Assembly: GCA_900770275.1 (NCBI GenBank)
Contig: CAAGJS010000088.1
Coordinates: forward strand, 1 to 59,966
Length of the DNA stretch: 59,966 bases
Source of the DNA: Erysipelotrichaceae bacterium
GTDB taxonomy: Bacteria > Bacillota_I > Bacilli_A > Erysipelotrichales > Erysipelotrichaceae
Reading direction: 5' to 3'
Below, in pieces: positions 45,293-55,605 of the stretch (position 1 is the stretch's first letter; each line of letters begins with the position of its first letter). A program made the position numbers and the translations under genes. Under the pieces are notes generated by a model that ran no database searches, had not been told where the DNA came from, and worked only from the letters and a program-made list of their open reading frames with translations.

Positions 45293-47743
45293 ATGGCAAA
45301 TGTACTGACCCGCCTGTTCAACGAAGATGAACGGCGCCTGAAGAAGATAGAAAAGTCCATTCAGCCGGTTCTGGCAATGGCAGATAAATACAAGGCCATG
45401 AGTGATGAGGAGCTCAAGGCAGAAACACCTCGGCTGAAGCAGAAGCTCGCCAACGGTGCAACGCTTGATGACATTATGTGTGAAGCGTTCGCTACGGCAA
45501 GAGAAGCGTGCCGCCGCGTGATTGGTGAATATCCGTATCCGGTGCAGGTCATCGGTGCTGCGGTGATGCAGGGCGGCGATATAGCCGAGATGAAGACCGG
45601 TGAAGGTAAGACGCTGACATCCGTTATGCCGGCCTATCTCAATGCGCTTTCGGGCAAAGGTGTCCACATCGTCACTGTCAACGAGTATCTTTCGAAGCGT
45701 GACGCGGAATGGATGGGACGCATTCATCAGTTCCTCGGTCTGACTGTTGGATACAATGCGCGCGAAATGAGCGCTGCCCAGAAGCGTGCCGCCTATAATT
45801 GCGACATTACTTACACAACCAACTCGGAGCTTGGCTTCGACTATCTGCGTGACAACATGGTCACTGATGCGCGCGATCGTGTTCTTCGCGGCCTGAACTT
45901 TGCGCTGATCGATGAGGTCGACTCCATTCTCATTGATGAATCGCGTACGCCTCTGATCATTTCGGGTGGTATGAAGCAGACGGCGAACCTGTATCTGCAG
46001 GCGGACCGCTTCGTCAAGCGTCTCAAGGAACAGGTCATGGGCGAAGATGATGAAATCATCACGCCGGGTGACTATGTTATCGATGTCAAGGCAAAGGTCG
46101 TAACCCTCAGTGAGCAGGGCGTTGCCAAGGCGGAGAAGGTGTTCCGCGTCGACAACCTGTTCAATCTGGAACATACGCAGCTGCTGCACCGCATCAACCA
46201 GGCTCTCAAGGCCAACTACATCATGCAGAAGGATGTCGACTATGTCGTCGACACCGAAAATGATGAGATCGTCATCGTCGATCCGAACACCGGCCGTCTC
46301 ATGAAGGGACGTGAATGGTCCGACGGTCTGCATCAGGCTGTCTGTGCCAAGGAAGGCATCTCGATCCGTCAGGAGACGACAGTTCTTGCGACAATTACGT
46401 ATCAGAACTTCTTCCGTCTCTATAACAAGCTGGCCGGTATGACCGGTACCGCAAAGACGGAGGAAGAAGAATTCCTCGAAATCTACAACATGCTCGTAGA
46501 CGTGGTTCCGACCAATAAGCCGGTCATCCGTATCGACTATCCGGATTCCGTCTATGGAACGAAGAAGGCGAAGTTTGCGGCCCTTGTCAACGAGGTGAAG
46601 GAGCGTCATGCGACGGGTCAGCCGGTACTGGTCGGTACGATTGCGGTTGAGACGTCGGAAATGATTTCGCAGATGCTCAAGAAGGAACATATTCCGCATG
46701 AGGTTCTCAATGCCAAGAACAATGCCCGTGAAGCGGAAATCATTGCCAAGGCAGGTCAGAAGGGTGCCGTCACGATTGCGACCAACATGGCCGGCCGTGG
46801 TACCGATATTAAGCTTGGCGAAGGTGTGAAGGAGCTCGGAGGACTTTGCGTCCTTGGTTCGGAGCGTCATGAATCGAGACGTATCGATAACCAGCTGCGC
46901 GGACGTGCGGGCCGTCAGGGTGATCCGGGTATGTCGCGTTTCTATGTTTCGGTGGAAGATGATCTGATGGTCCGTTTCGGAAGCGAGCGGTATCAGGATC
47001 TGTTCAAGCGTCTGGGTGATAATGCGATTGAGGACAAGCTCGTGACCCGTTCCATCTCGTCGGCCCAGAAGCGTGTTGAAGGCGTGAACTTTGATGCCCG
47101 TAAGACACTGCTGCAGTATGACGATGTGATGCGTCAGCAGCGTGAAGTGATGTATGAGCAGCGCAACTACATTCTGGATCATGAGGATGTTCATTCGGTG
47201 ATCAAGGAGATGTTCGAGCGCGTCATCAATAACGTGGTGTCTTCGCATATCATTCCGGAATCGAAGGATATGGAAGTCAATGCGAAGGAACTCGTTGATT
47301 CGCTCGACAAGATGGGCTTCCAGGACATCGTTACCGAAGACGAATTGCGCGGCAAGAGCAGCGAAGAGGCGGGGAAGATCGTCAACGAGCGTGCATGGGG
47401 AGTGTATGACCGCAAGGTGGAGCCGGTGCGCGGATCCATTATGCGCTGGGAGCGTGAGATGTCGCTGAAGATGATCGATCGCGCCTGGGTGGATCATATT
47501 GATACGATGTCGAAGCTGCGTGACGGTATCGGTCTGCGTTCCTATGCGCAGTCCAATCCTCTGCAGGCTTATGTGACGGAGGGCTATGAGCTCTTCGAAA
47601 ACATGATGAGCTCGATCGCGGAATCGATCGTCAGCTACTGCATGCGTCTGAAGGTTGTTGTCAAGCAGGCCGACGGCACCGAGACGACGCGCGATAACGC
47701 CAGCACCGCAGCTGCGGAAAAGAATGAGGAAGCGAAACACTGA
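45293..47743 (+). CDS. secA: Preprotein translocase ATPase
   Basis: MKTGEGKTL, DEVDSILIDE, ATNMAGRGTDI and RRIDNQLRGRAGRQGD motifs; ATG 45293 after AGGAGG. Confidence 0.98.
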   Translation: MANVLTRLFNEDERRLKKIEKSIQPVLAMADKYKAMSDEELKAETPRLKQKLANGATLDDIMCEAFATAREACRRVIGEYPYPVQVIGAAVMQGGDIAEMKTGEGKTLTSVMPAYLNALSGKGVHIVTVNEYLSKRDAEWMGRIHQFLGLTVGYNAREMSAAQKRAAYNCDITYTTNSELGFDYLRDNMVTDARDRVLRGLNFALIDEVDSILIDESRTPLIISGGMKQTANLYLQADRFVKRLKEQVMGEDDEIITPGDYVIDVKAKVVTLSEQGVAKAEKVFRVDNLFNLEHTQLLHRINQALKANYIMQKDVDYVVDTENDEIVIVDPNTGRLMKGREWSDGLHQAVCAKEGISIRQETTVLATITYQNFFRLYNKLAGMTGTAKTEEEEFLEIYNMLVDVVPTNKPVIRIDYPDSVYGTKKAKFAALVNEVKERHATGQPVLVGTIAVETSEMISQMLKKEHIPHEVLNAKNNAREAEIIAKAGQKGAVTIATNMAGRGTDIKLGEGVKELGGLCVLGSERHESRRIDNQLRGRAGRQGDPGMSRFYVSVEDDLMVRFGSERYQDLFKRLGDNAIEDKLVTRSISSAQKRVEGVNFDARKTLLQYDDVMRQQREVMYEQRNYILDHEDVHSVIKEMFERVINNVVSSHIIPESKDMEVNAKELVDSLDKMGFQDIVTEDELRGKSSEEAGKIVNERAWGVYDRKVEPVRGSIMRWEREMSLKMIDRAWVDHIDTMSKLRDGIGLRSYAQSNPLQAYVTEGYELFENMMSSIAESIVSYCMRLKVVVKQADGTETTRDNASTAAAEKNEEAKH

Positions 47744-47795
47744 TCAGAAACATGATCAATCAGATACAGATGAGAAAAACGACAGGAGGAGACCG

Positions 47796-48900
47796 ATGGA
47801 ATTATTTGAAATGAAGCAGGGCGTAGCCCGCAGCCAGGCCAAATTGGAGCAGCTTGGCTCCTCTCTTTGACCTCGCGTCTAAGAAAGAGAAAATTGCCGA
47901 AAACGAAAAAGTAATGAACGAGCCCGGATTCTGGGATGATCAGAAGAAGGCACAGGCCCTGATCCGCTCTACCAACAGTATGCGTTCGCTGCTGGAGAAT
48001 TATGAATCTTTGAAGAAGGCACTCAGCGATCTGAGCGACAGCGTCAATGAGCTTTCCGCTACTTTTGATGATGAGCTGGCGGAAATGGTCAACGAAGAGT
48101 ACGCCGAAGTGCAGAAGAAGTTCGATGACTTTGAGATTCAGGTGCTGCTCTCCGGTCCCTATGATGATCACAACGCGATTCTTGAAATTCATCCGGGTGC
48201 CGGCGGAACGGAAGCCATGGACTGGGCAGGCATGCTGTATCGCATGTATACCCGTTACGCGGAACGCAAAGGCTATAAGGTAACGGTTCTGGATTATGAA
48301 GAAGGTGAAGAGGCGGGCATCAAGTCCTGCTCCATCAAGATTGAAGGACCGATGGCCTATGGCTATCTGAAGAGTGAGAGCGGCGTACATCGTCTCGTAC
48401 GTATTTCGCCGTTCGATGCCAATGCGCGCCGTCATACATCGTTCGCTTCGGTGGAAGTGATGCCGGAATTCGAAGATGATATGGAAATCACGATCGATGA
48501 CAAGGATATCGATGTCATCACGATGCGTTCTTCGGGTGCCGGCGGTCAGCATATCAACAAGACGGACTCGGCGGTACGTATTACCCATAAGCCGACGGGC
48601 ATCGTCGTCTTCTGCCAGACCCAGCGGTCGCAGCTGCAGAACAAGGAACAGTGCATGGAGATGCTCAAGAGTAAGCTGCTGCAGCTCAAGATCAAGGAAC
48701 AGGAGCAGCGGGCAGCCGAAGTACGCGGCGAAGTGAAGGCCAACGAGTGGGGATCCCAGATCCGTTCTTACGTCTTCCAGCCGTATACGATGGTCAAGGA
48801 TGCGCGTACCCAGCACGAGGAAGGCAACATTCAGGCAGTGATGGATGGCGATCTGGACGAGTTCATCTACAGCTATCTGCGTTCACGTATTCAGGGATAA
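47796..48900 (+). CDS. prfB: Peptide chain release factor 2 with programmed +1 frameshift
   Basis: AGGAGGAG RBS, MELFEMKQ..GSSL, then CTT TGA C at 47865-47871; the +1 frame carries the SPF and GGQ motifs. Confidence 0.95.
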
Positions 48901-48907
48901 AAATACG

Positions 48908-49834
48908 ATGGAACGGGTACTTGTCCATACCGTCAGTGAAGAAGAGTACCAGGCGTCTGAGAATCATAGTCTCAGGCGCTTTTTAAGCGTTGATCTGCAC
49001 CTTTCGCGTCACAGCATTTCGCGTCTCAAATTTTCCAACAGCCTGTTCATTAACGACCAGCCCGCCCATGTGTCGATGAACCTGAAACCGGGCGATACGA
49101 TCCGTATCATCCTGGAACGTGATGATACAGGCGAAAAGGAAAATGAGCAGCCAAGTACACCAGCCCAGGAAACAGCGCTCCAAAGCCGGATCCGCTACGA
49201 GGATGATGACCTGTTGATCGTCAATAAGCCGGCCGGGATGCCAGTCCATGCCAGCCACGGCCATCTGGATGATTCGCTAGGAACATTGCTGCAGAACGCG
49301 TATCGCAAAGAAGGCAAAGACTTTACGGTCCGGGCGATCGGACGTCTTGACAAGGATGTCAGCGGCCTCGTACTCTTTGCCAAAAACCGCTTCGCGGCCC
49401 AGATCCTCTGGGAAGAAAAAGAGACGGGAAAGCTGACCAAGACCTATCTGGCGATTGCGGAAGGCACTTTTGAAACGGAGGAAGGCACAATCGATCTTCC
49501 GTTACAGAAAGTGCAGGGACAGCGAATACGAGTAACGGATGAGGAAGGAAAGCCATCGATTACGCATTACCGTGTCCTGCGCAGTAACGGGAAATGGTCG
49601 CTTCTCGAGGTGCAGATTGATACGGGGCGTACGCATCAGATCCGCAGCCACCTGTCTGCCATCGGCCACCCGCTGGTGGGTGATGATCTCTATGGCGGCA
49701 GTATCGCAAAATTAAAACGGCCGGCACTTCACTGTTTTCAAATCAGTGTGGTGCAGCCGTTTACTGGAAATACAATTGCAATCAAAGAAGATCTTCCGGA
49801 AGATATGCAGAGACTGCTCACTTCAGAAGAATGA
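48908..49834 (+). CDS. RluA family pseudouridine synthase
   Basis: S4-like N-terminus, NKPAG.PVH, GRLDKDVSG, TGRTHQIR and GD.LYG motifs. Confidence 0.93.
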   Translation: MERVLVHTVSEEEYQASENHSLRRFLSVDLHLSRHSISRLKFSNSLFINDQPAHVSMNLKPGDTIRIILERDDTGEKENEQPSTPAQETALQSRIRYEDDDLLIVNKPAGMPVHASHGHLDDSLGTLLQNAYRKEGKDFTVRAIGRLDKDVSGLVLFAKNRFAAQILWEEKETGKLTKTYLAIAEGTFETEEGTIDLPLQKVQGQRIRVTDEEGKPSITHYRVLRSNGKWSLLEVQIDTGRTHQIRSHLSAIGHPLVGDDLYGGSIAKLKRPALHCFQISVVQPFTGNTIAIKEDLPEDMQRLLTSEE

Positions 49835-51119
49835 TCTTGAAGCTCTTGGCATCCATCGGGATGCCATTTTCATAGCTGACTTCGCTGTCGCTCATCAGAT
49901 CCGTTCCCTTGACAGGTTCACCGATATCGATCGTTGCCGGGCTGTCTGCAATATTGATGAGATAGAAGACACCTTCCCCTTCGACAGAGCGCAGATAAGC
50001 CCACTGTTCGTTGCGCTTGTGAATTTCGGTGTAGTCACCATCGTAAAGCGCCGGATGCAACGTATGAATCTGATCGAGCTTGGCAATGACATCCGTCAGT
50101 TCGTTCCATTCGGGCTTTTCGATCGCCGGCCGCAGCGGGGCATCGGACCACTTGCCCTTGGTTCCATGGATTCCCCATTCACTGCCATAGTAGATGCACG
50201 GGATGCCTGGCATCGTCAATAACATGCTGTAGATCAGGGGCAGATCACGCTTATCCGTCAGCTGGGAAGCGATGCGGGTCACATCGTGGTTGTCAACGAA
50301 GTTCCAAAGATGGCGTCCCGTATACAGATCCCATGGATCCTTGCCAAACTGCCGGTTCAAAGAATAGCCGACCTCGAAGAGGTTGTGGCTGTTCATCGAA
50401 GAGTACATGCCCTTGTAGCACTCGTAGTTGGTGACGGAATCGACCAGATCCTCTTTCAGCAGGCTGTTGTAGTCGCCGCCGATCATTTCACCAAACAGGA
50501 AGAACTCGGGGTTGATGGACTTTACATGGTCACGCAGCGCCCGCAGAAAATCGTGATCGATGCAGTAGGCCACATCCAGCCGCAGACCATCGATATGAAA
50601 CTGCTCAATCCACTGATCGACGCTTTCGAAGAGATACTGGCGCAAATCAGGATTGGAAAGATTAAGCTTCACCAGCTCCTGATGGCCTTCCCAGTCCTGG
50701 TAGCTGAAACCGTCGCGGCCATTGTCCTGATCAAAATTGATGTTGAACCAGCCGCAGTAAGGGCTGTCCCATTTGTTCTTCTTCACATCCTGGAATGCCC
50801 AGAACTGCCGCCCGACATGGTTGAAGACACCATCAAGAAGGACGGTCAATCCGTTTTCATGCAGGGCATTGCACACATCCGCAAAGTCTTCATTTGTCCC
50901 AAGACGATCGTCGATCTTCCGATAATCAATCGTATTGTATCCGTGACTTTCACTCTGAAAGACAGGATTGAACAGCACTCCGGTCACGTTCAGTTTCTTG
51001 AGATGCGGAATCCATTCCTTGACCTGCAGGATGCGATGCGCCTGCTTGAAATCGTTGCGATGCGGCGCCCCGGTCATACCGATCGGGAAAATCTGATAAT
51101 ATACAGCATCTGTTTTCAT
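49818..51119 (-). CDS. GH13 alpha-amylase family hydrolase (neopullulanase/maltodextrin glucosidase-like)
   Basis: DGVFNH, GLRLDVA, GE.I, FVDNHD and IYYGSE motifs. Confidence 0.92.
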   Translation of the reverse strand: MKTDAVYYQIFPIGMTGAPHRNDFKQAHRILQVKEWIPHLKKLNVTGVLFNPVFQSESHGYNTIDYRKIDDRLGTNEDFADVCNALHENGLTVLLDGVFNHVGRQFWAFQDVKKNKWDSPYCGWFNINFDQDNGRDGFSYQDWEGHQELVKLNLSNPDLRQYLFESVDQWIEQFHIDGLRLDVAYCIDHDFLRALRDHVKSINPEFFLFGEMIGGDYNSLLKEDLVDSVTNYECYKGMYSSMNSHNLFEVGYSLNRQFGKDPWDLYTGRHLWNFVDNHDVTRIASQLTDKRDLPLIYSMLLTMPGIPCIYYGSEWGIHGTKGKWSDAPLRPAIEKPEWNELTDVIAKLDQIHTLHPALYDGDYTEIHKRNEQWAYLRSVEGEGVFYLINIADSPATIDIGEPVKGTDLMSDSEVSYENGIPMDAKSFKIILLK

Positions 51120-51925
51120 TCTTCCTTAAAACCTCCTTGCGAAAAAACATGAATCATTTCAGCAGTCAGCGAAGGGTTTCCATTGAGGTTGTAGGCATCG
51201 CTGCGCTTCCGCCAGACAGCACGGTCCAGTTCACTGCGCTGCAGGTGGATTGGGATATTGCCATGTGTCCGGCACCAGAAACCGGCCAGCAGCGAGCCGG
51301 AGAGACCCCATGGCTGCGACTTGTAGTAGTGCAGCTCATCGACGTCGAGGCCGGTTTCTTCCCTGACTTCGCGATGGACCGTATCTTCCAGCGTTTCGCC
51401 GATCTCGCAATAGCCGGCAACTAAGGCATCGCGGCGATAGGGACCATTGGCATAGCGGGTGACGAGGATTTCATCCTCATCATTGATGATCGCCACGATG
51501 ACGGCGGGGTTGATTCTTGGATAGATGATCTTACCGCAATGGGGACACTGAAGGGCGCGTTCCGTTTTTGAGGGTACCAGACGTGTGCCATCGCTGCCGC
51601 AGAAGCGATTGTCATTGTACCAGCAGGAAAGATGCCAGGCTGTGACGGCAAGAAATGCCTCACTCATCGGCTGGCGGTAGCGCATCTCGAAGATACTCTG
51701 ATAATGCGGTTGAAGAGAAGCGAGACTACAGAGGAAGATTCCTGTATCATCGATATCAAACAGCCACATGGCTTCCCTGACCGAAGCCTCGGGCCACCGG
51801 AAGAAACTGCCGTCACTCTTCAGGGCGAGTTCGTGTCCCTTGAAATCAAGAAGAATATCGCCGTCTTTGGGCGGGCGGGGATGAAATTCGTTATGAAATA
51901 CAGCTGGTGCGATATCCTGGATCAT
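51116..51925 (-). CDS. nudC: NADH pyrophosphatase (NudC family Nudix)
   Basis: RFCG..G, CPHCG..YPRI, AGYCEIGETLED.VHREVREETG and SQPW motifs. Confidence 0.92.
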   Translation of the reverse strand: MIQDIAPAVFHNEFHPRPPKDGDILLDFKGHELALKSDGSFFRWPEASVREAMWLFDIDDTGIFLCSLASLQPHYQSIFEMRYRQPMSEAFLAVTAWHLSCWYNDNRFCGSDGTRLVPSKTERALQCPHCGKIIYPRINPAVIVAIINDEDEILVTRYANGPYRRDALVAGYCEIGETLEDTVHREVREETGLDVDELHYYKSQPWGLSGSLLAGFWCRTHGNIPIHLQRSELDRAVWRKRSDAYNLNGNPSLTAEMIHVFSQGGFKEE

Positions 51926-52060
51926 AGATTTCTCCAAAAAAACGGGCCGCATTTCAGGCCCAACAAGATAAGTATAGGCGAATAAAATGTGATTTTAAAG
52001 ACTGGTATTTCTACACGTCGGAACTATATTAAGGGTGTAACAAGAAAGCAGGTAACGATC

Positions 52061-52090
52061 ATGAAAAAAGTACTGCTCAATTACAGGTGA
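52061..52090 (+). CDS. Candidate 9-aa leader peptide MKKVLLNYR
   Basis: Purine-rich RBS AAGAAAGCAGGT before the ATG, TATATT -10 at 52025-52030, and a strong hairpin right after the TGA. Confidence 0.35.
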   Translation: MKKVLLNYR

Positions 52091-52495
52091 GGTCCCTCCG
52101 CAGTTAATAGAATACGCTGTGGAACGGGACAAAAACCATCGAAAGGAATTCTGCGTCGGGTAAGACCAATGGGAAATTCACTTTCAAAACTGAATAGCAA
52201 TTAGCAAAAATCAATTCCGCTGCCGCAAGGCATCGGAAAGGAAATGGATTATTTATCCTGCGGGTGATGTGAAGATCTCAGGGACAGCTGGGAAATGATA
52301 CATGGATCCGATTTGGGATTCAGATGATCTCGTGAACGGAAACAATGATTTGAGACGTCTGTAATCTTTGAACCAGAGAAATGTATGGAAGCGTTCGAAG
52401 AAAGAGATGAAAAGATGTGAAACTTCGAAGCGTTTGCCCTATGATCCTTCATCGATCACAATCCTCCATGAGAAGGAAATCTCGTAAAACATACC

Positions 52496-52529
52496 AGAGC
52501 TTCTGCAAGATGGCAGAGGCTCTTTTTTT
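52496..52529 (+). terminator. Rho-independent terminator
   Basis: AGAGCTTCTGC-aagatg-GCAGAGGCTCT followed by T6. Confidence 0.8.
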
Positions 52530-52593
52530 GGGCGATCTAAATTTTTTGATCACAATATCAGTTACAATCAATGAAAAAGTGGAGGAATATCCG

Positions 52594-52932
52594 ATGCCGC
52601 GTCGTTCGATTACTGAAATGAAAGTATCCGAGGTTTATCCGCTTTTGGTTGCTAAGGCAGAGCGCAAAGGCCGTACGAAGGAGGAAGTGGATGAAATCAT
52701 CTGCTGGCTGACGGGCTGGGATATGGAAGTCGCAGACAGGAATATGAGTTATGGTGACTTCTTTGAACAGGCACCGGCTTACAATCCGGCATCCGATCAG
52801 ATTACCGGAACCATCTGCGGCGTACGTGTCGAAACAATATCCGATCCTTTGATGAAGAAGATCCGGCAGCTGGACAAACTGATTGACGAGCTTTCCAAGG
52901 GAAGGCCAATGGACAGGATTCTGCGCAGCTGA
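52594..52932 (+). CDS. DUF2200 family protein
   Basis: VYPLLVAKAERKGRTKEEVD..ICWLTG, ITG.ICGVRVE and LDKLIDELSKG motifs; GGAGG RBS. Confidence 0.9.
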   Translation: MPRRSITEMKVSEVYPLLVAKAERKGRTKEEVDEIICWLTGWDMEVADRNMSYGDFFEQAPAYNPASDQITGTICGVRVETISDPLMKKIRQLDKLIDELSKGRPMDRILRS

Positions 52933-53024
52933 AGAGTCAAAACACCGATAATCAAGGCAGTTCACGGAATCGGCACGTTCGATATATAATGAAAAACAGG
53001 AATTAGAGAGGATTTGATTGAAAA

Positions 53025-54830
53025 ATGCTCAGTGTAAATGAACGTGTTGAAGCAGTACGGAAGTTAATGAAGGATGCCAATATCGACGTCTACTATATTC
53101 CAAACGAGGACGATCATCTTTCTGATGAATATACGGCTCCGTATTTTCAGTGCAAGAGCTTCATTTCCGGATTCTCCGGGGATGCCGGCTGCGTCATTAT
53201 TACCAGGGATTTTGCGGGCCTTTGGACGGATGGCCGCTACTTCACGCAGGCGGAGGATGAGCTGAAGGGAACCTGCGTCGAACTGATGCGTCTGCGTCAG
53301 CCGGGTGTTCCTGACCCGATTCCGTTTTTGATTGAACATACCCCGGAGGGCGGCGTGCTTGGCTTTGATGGCAACGTCGTTTCGACGGCTGCGGTTCAGC
53401 AGCTCTCCAAGGCTCTTTCCGCCAAAAAGGCGACGATTGATCTGAGCCGCGATTTTGCCGGTGATGTGTGGGGAACGGATCGTCCCGACATGCCCATGGA
53501 GCCTGTCTATCTGCTTGATCCGAAATATACGGGTGAAACAGCAGCGAAGCGCATGGGCCGTGTGCGGGAAGCGATGAAGAAGAATGGGGCAGATGTCCTG
53601 ATTCTGACGCATCTTGAGGACCCGTGCTGGCTGTTCAACATCCGCGGCAACGATATTGCCTGCACCCCGGTTGCCTATGCCTTTGCGATCATCACAATGG
53701 ACGGGGCATCCTACTTCATTGATCCGAAGAAGGTGCCGGCCGATGTGAAGACGGACCTCGAAGCCAATGGTGTAACGGTTAAGGATTACGATGCGCTTGC
53801 AGATGAGCTGACCAATTTCCAGGACAAGACGATCTGGGTAGAGTTGCGCACATTCAACGCCTATCTCTATGCGCACCTTGATACGAGCAACCGGATCCTG
53901 AACATGGATTCGCCGGTTACGCTGTTCCGTGCCGTGAAAAACGAGACGGAAATTGCGTGCATGCACAGTTCGCAGCTCAAGGATGGCGCTGCGATGGCCG
54001 AATTCATCTGGTGGGTCAAGGAACATCACGATGATCCGCAGCTGACAGAGCTTTCGGCGGCACAGTATCTCGATGCGCGCCGGGCGGAGAAGGCGGATTT
54101 CATTGAACCATCGTTCCCGACGATCAGTGCCTATGGTCCCAACGCTGCCATGATGCATTATGAAGCGACGCCGGAAAAGTTCTCCAAATGTGAGCCTCAC
54201 GGCTTTCTGCTGGTAGATTCGGGCGGAACATACAAAGACGGTACGACTGATGTGACACGTTCGATTTCCCTTGGTGAGCCGACGGAACTGGAGAAGAAGT
54301 ACTATACACTGGTGCTCAAGGGACATCTGGATCTGGAGCTGGCGCACTTCCTGCAGGGTACCATCGGCAATAACCTTGACATTCTTGCGCGCCGTCCGCT
54401 CTGGAACATCGGCATTGATTACCAGTGCGGAACGGGACATGGCGTTGGCCATGTGTTGAGCGTCCATGAGGGTCCTCACGGGATCCGCTGGGGCCGCAGC
54501 CGTACCAATTCGCCGGCGGAGGTTCTTGTGCCGGGCATGATCGTGACCGATGAGCCGGGTCTCTATCTGCCGCATGAGCTCGGTATCCGGATTGAAAACG
54601 ATCTTCTGGTTGTGAAGGATGTAAACAACTTCTATGGCCAGTTCCTGAAGTTTGAGGCGATGACGCTGGTTCCTTATGATCGGGAATCGATTGATGTGCG
54701 CCTGCTTGATGATACGGAGCTGGAAGCGATCAATGCATATCATGCGGTGGTCTATGAAAAGATTTCGCCGCTTGTGGAAGGAAAGGTAAAGATATGGCTC
54801 AGACAGGCCACGGAACCCATCACTCGCTGA
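53025..54830 (+). CDS. Aminopeptidase P (M24B, long form)
   Basis: SGFSG.AG, LWTDGRY, DSGG.Y.DGTTDVTR, GHGVG...VHEGP, EPG.Y and GIRIEN motifs. Confidence 0.95.
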   Translation: MLSVNERVEAVRKLMKDANIDVYYIPNEDDHLSDEYTAPYFQCKSFISGFSGDAGCVIITRDFAGLWTDGRYFTQAEDELKGTCVELMRLRQPGVPDPIPFLIEHTPEGGVLGFDGNVVSTAAVQQLSKALSAKKATIDLSRDFAGDVWGTDRPDMPMEPVYLLDPKYTGETAAKRMGRVREAMKKNGADVLILTHLEDPCWLFNIRGNDIACTPVAYAFAIITMDGASYFIDPKKVPADVKTDLEANGVTVKDYDALADELTNFQDKTIWVELRTFNAYLYAHLDTSNRILNMDSPVTLFRAVKNETEIACMHSSQLKDGAAMAEFIWWVKEHHDDPQLTELSAAQYLDARRAEKADFIEPSFPTISAYGPNAAMMHYEATPEKFSKCEPHGFLLVDSGGTYKDGTTDVTRSISLGEPTELEKKYYTLVLKGHLDLELAHFLQGTIGNNLDILARRPLWNIGIDYQCGTGHGVGHVLSVHEGPHGIRWGRSRTNSPAEVLVPGMIVTDEPGLYLPHELGIRIENDLLVVKDVNNFYGQFLKFEAMTLVPYDRESIDVRLLDDTELEAINAYHAVVYEKISPLVEGKVKIWLRQATEPITR

Positions 54831-55582
54831 AGCTGATCAGCTGGAACGTCAACGGGCTGCGCGCCTGTGCGAAAAAGGGATTTGCGGATTTCTTTCTGCG
54901 TGAGAAGGCGGATCTCTTCGCCATTCAGGAAACCAAGATGCAGGAAGACCAGCTGAGCGATGACCTGCGTTTTGACGGCTACCACATGTATATGAACAGC
55001 GCGGAGCGCAAGGGCTACAGCGGTACGCTGGTGTATGCGAAGAAGGAACCACTGCAGGTGCTTTATGAAATTGAGGGCGATACGACCAGAGAGGGCCGGG
55101 TCATTTCGATGGAATATCCGGACTTCTGGTTCGTCGCTGCCTATGTTCCCAATTCCAAGGAAGGTCTGGTGCGTCTGGACTACCGGATGGAATGGGAGGA
55201 TCTTCTGCGGGCGCATCTGTTGAAGCTCGATGCGCAGAAGCCTGTGATCTATACGGGTGATCTGAACGTTGCACATGAGGAGATCGATATCAAGAATCCG
55301 GCGACGAATCATCAGAGCGCCGGATTCTCGGACCAGGAACGTGCGAAGTTTTCGCAGCTGCTGGATGCAGGCTTTGCGGATACGTACCGCCGCCTCTATC
55401 CGGAAAAGGTGGAATATTCGTGGTGGAGCTATCGTTTCCACGCAAGAGAAAAGAACATCGGCTGGCGGATTGACTACTTTGTGGTGTCTCAGCGGCTGAT
55501 GGATCATGTTCGGGACAGTATGATCTACGGTTCTGTTGAGGGCAGTGATCACTGTCCGATTGGGTTGAAGGTGCGGTTCTGA
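54794..55582 (+). CDS. xth: Exodeoxyribonuclease III / AP endonuclease
   Basis: SWNVNGLRA, QETK, GYSG, GDLNVAH, GWRIDY and SDHCP motifs. Confidence 0.95.
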   Translation: MAQTGHGTHHSLKLISWNVNGLRACAKKGFADFFLREKADLFAIQETKMQEDQLSDDLRFDGYHMYMNSAERKGYSGTLVYAKKEPLQVLYEIEGDTTREGRVISMEYPDFWFVAAYVPNSKEGLVRLDYRMEWEDLLRAHLLKLDAQKPVIYTGDLNVAHEEIDIKNPATNHQSAGFSDQERAKFSQLLDAGFADTYRRLYPEKVEYSWWSYRFHAREKNIGWRIDYFVVSQRLMDHVRDSMIYGSVEGSDHCPIGLKVRF

Positions 55583-55605
55583 CAGCACCGACAGGGGAGA
55601 AGAAG

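Larger units (their letters stand above)
52036..52529 (+). ncRNA. Candidate structured non-coding or leader RNA
   Basis: About 490 nt without a convincing long ORF, between a -10 box and a strong terminator; several hairpins, one with a GCAA tetraloop. Confidence 0.4.

Noticed and set aside
45278..47740. 820-aa antisense ORF opposite secA, and similar long antisense ORFs opposite rnf, asd, prfB and aminopeptidase P
   Set aside because: These are shadow frames caused by codon bias of the real genes; they have no recognisable motifs and atypical composition.
52417..52593. N-terminal extension of the DUF2200 ORF
   Set aside because: It crosses a terminator; ATG 52594 has a GGAGG RBS.
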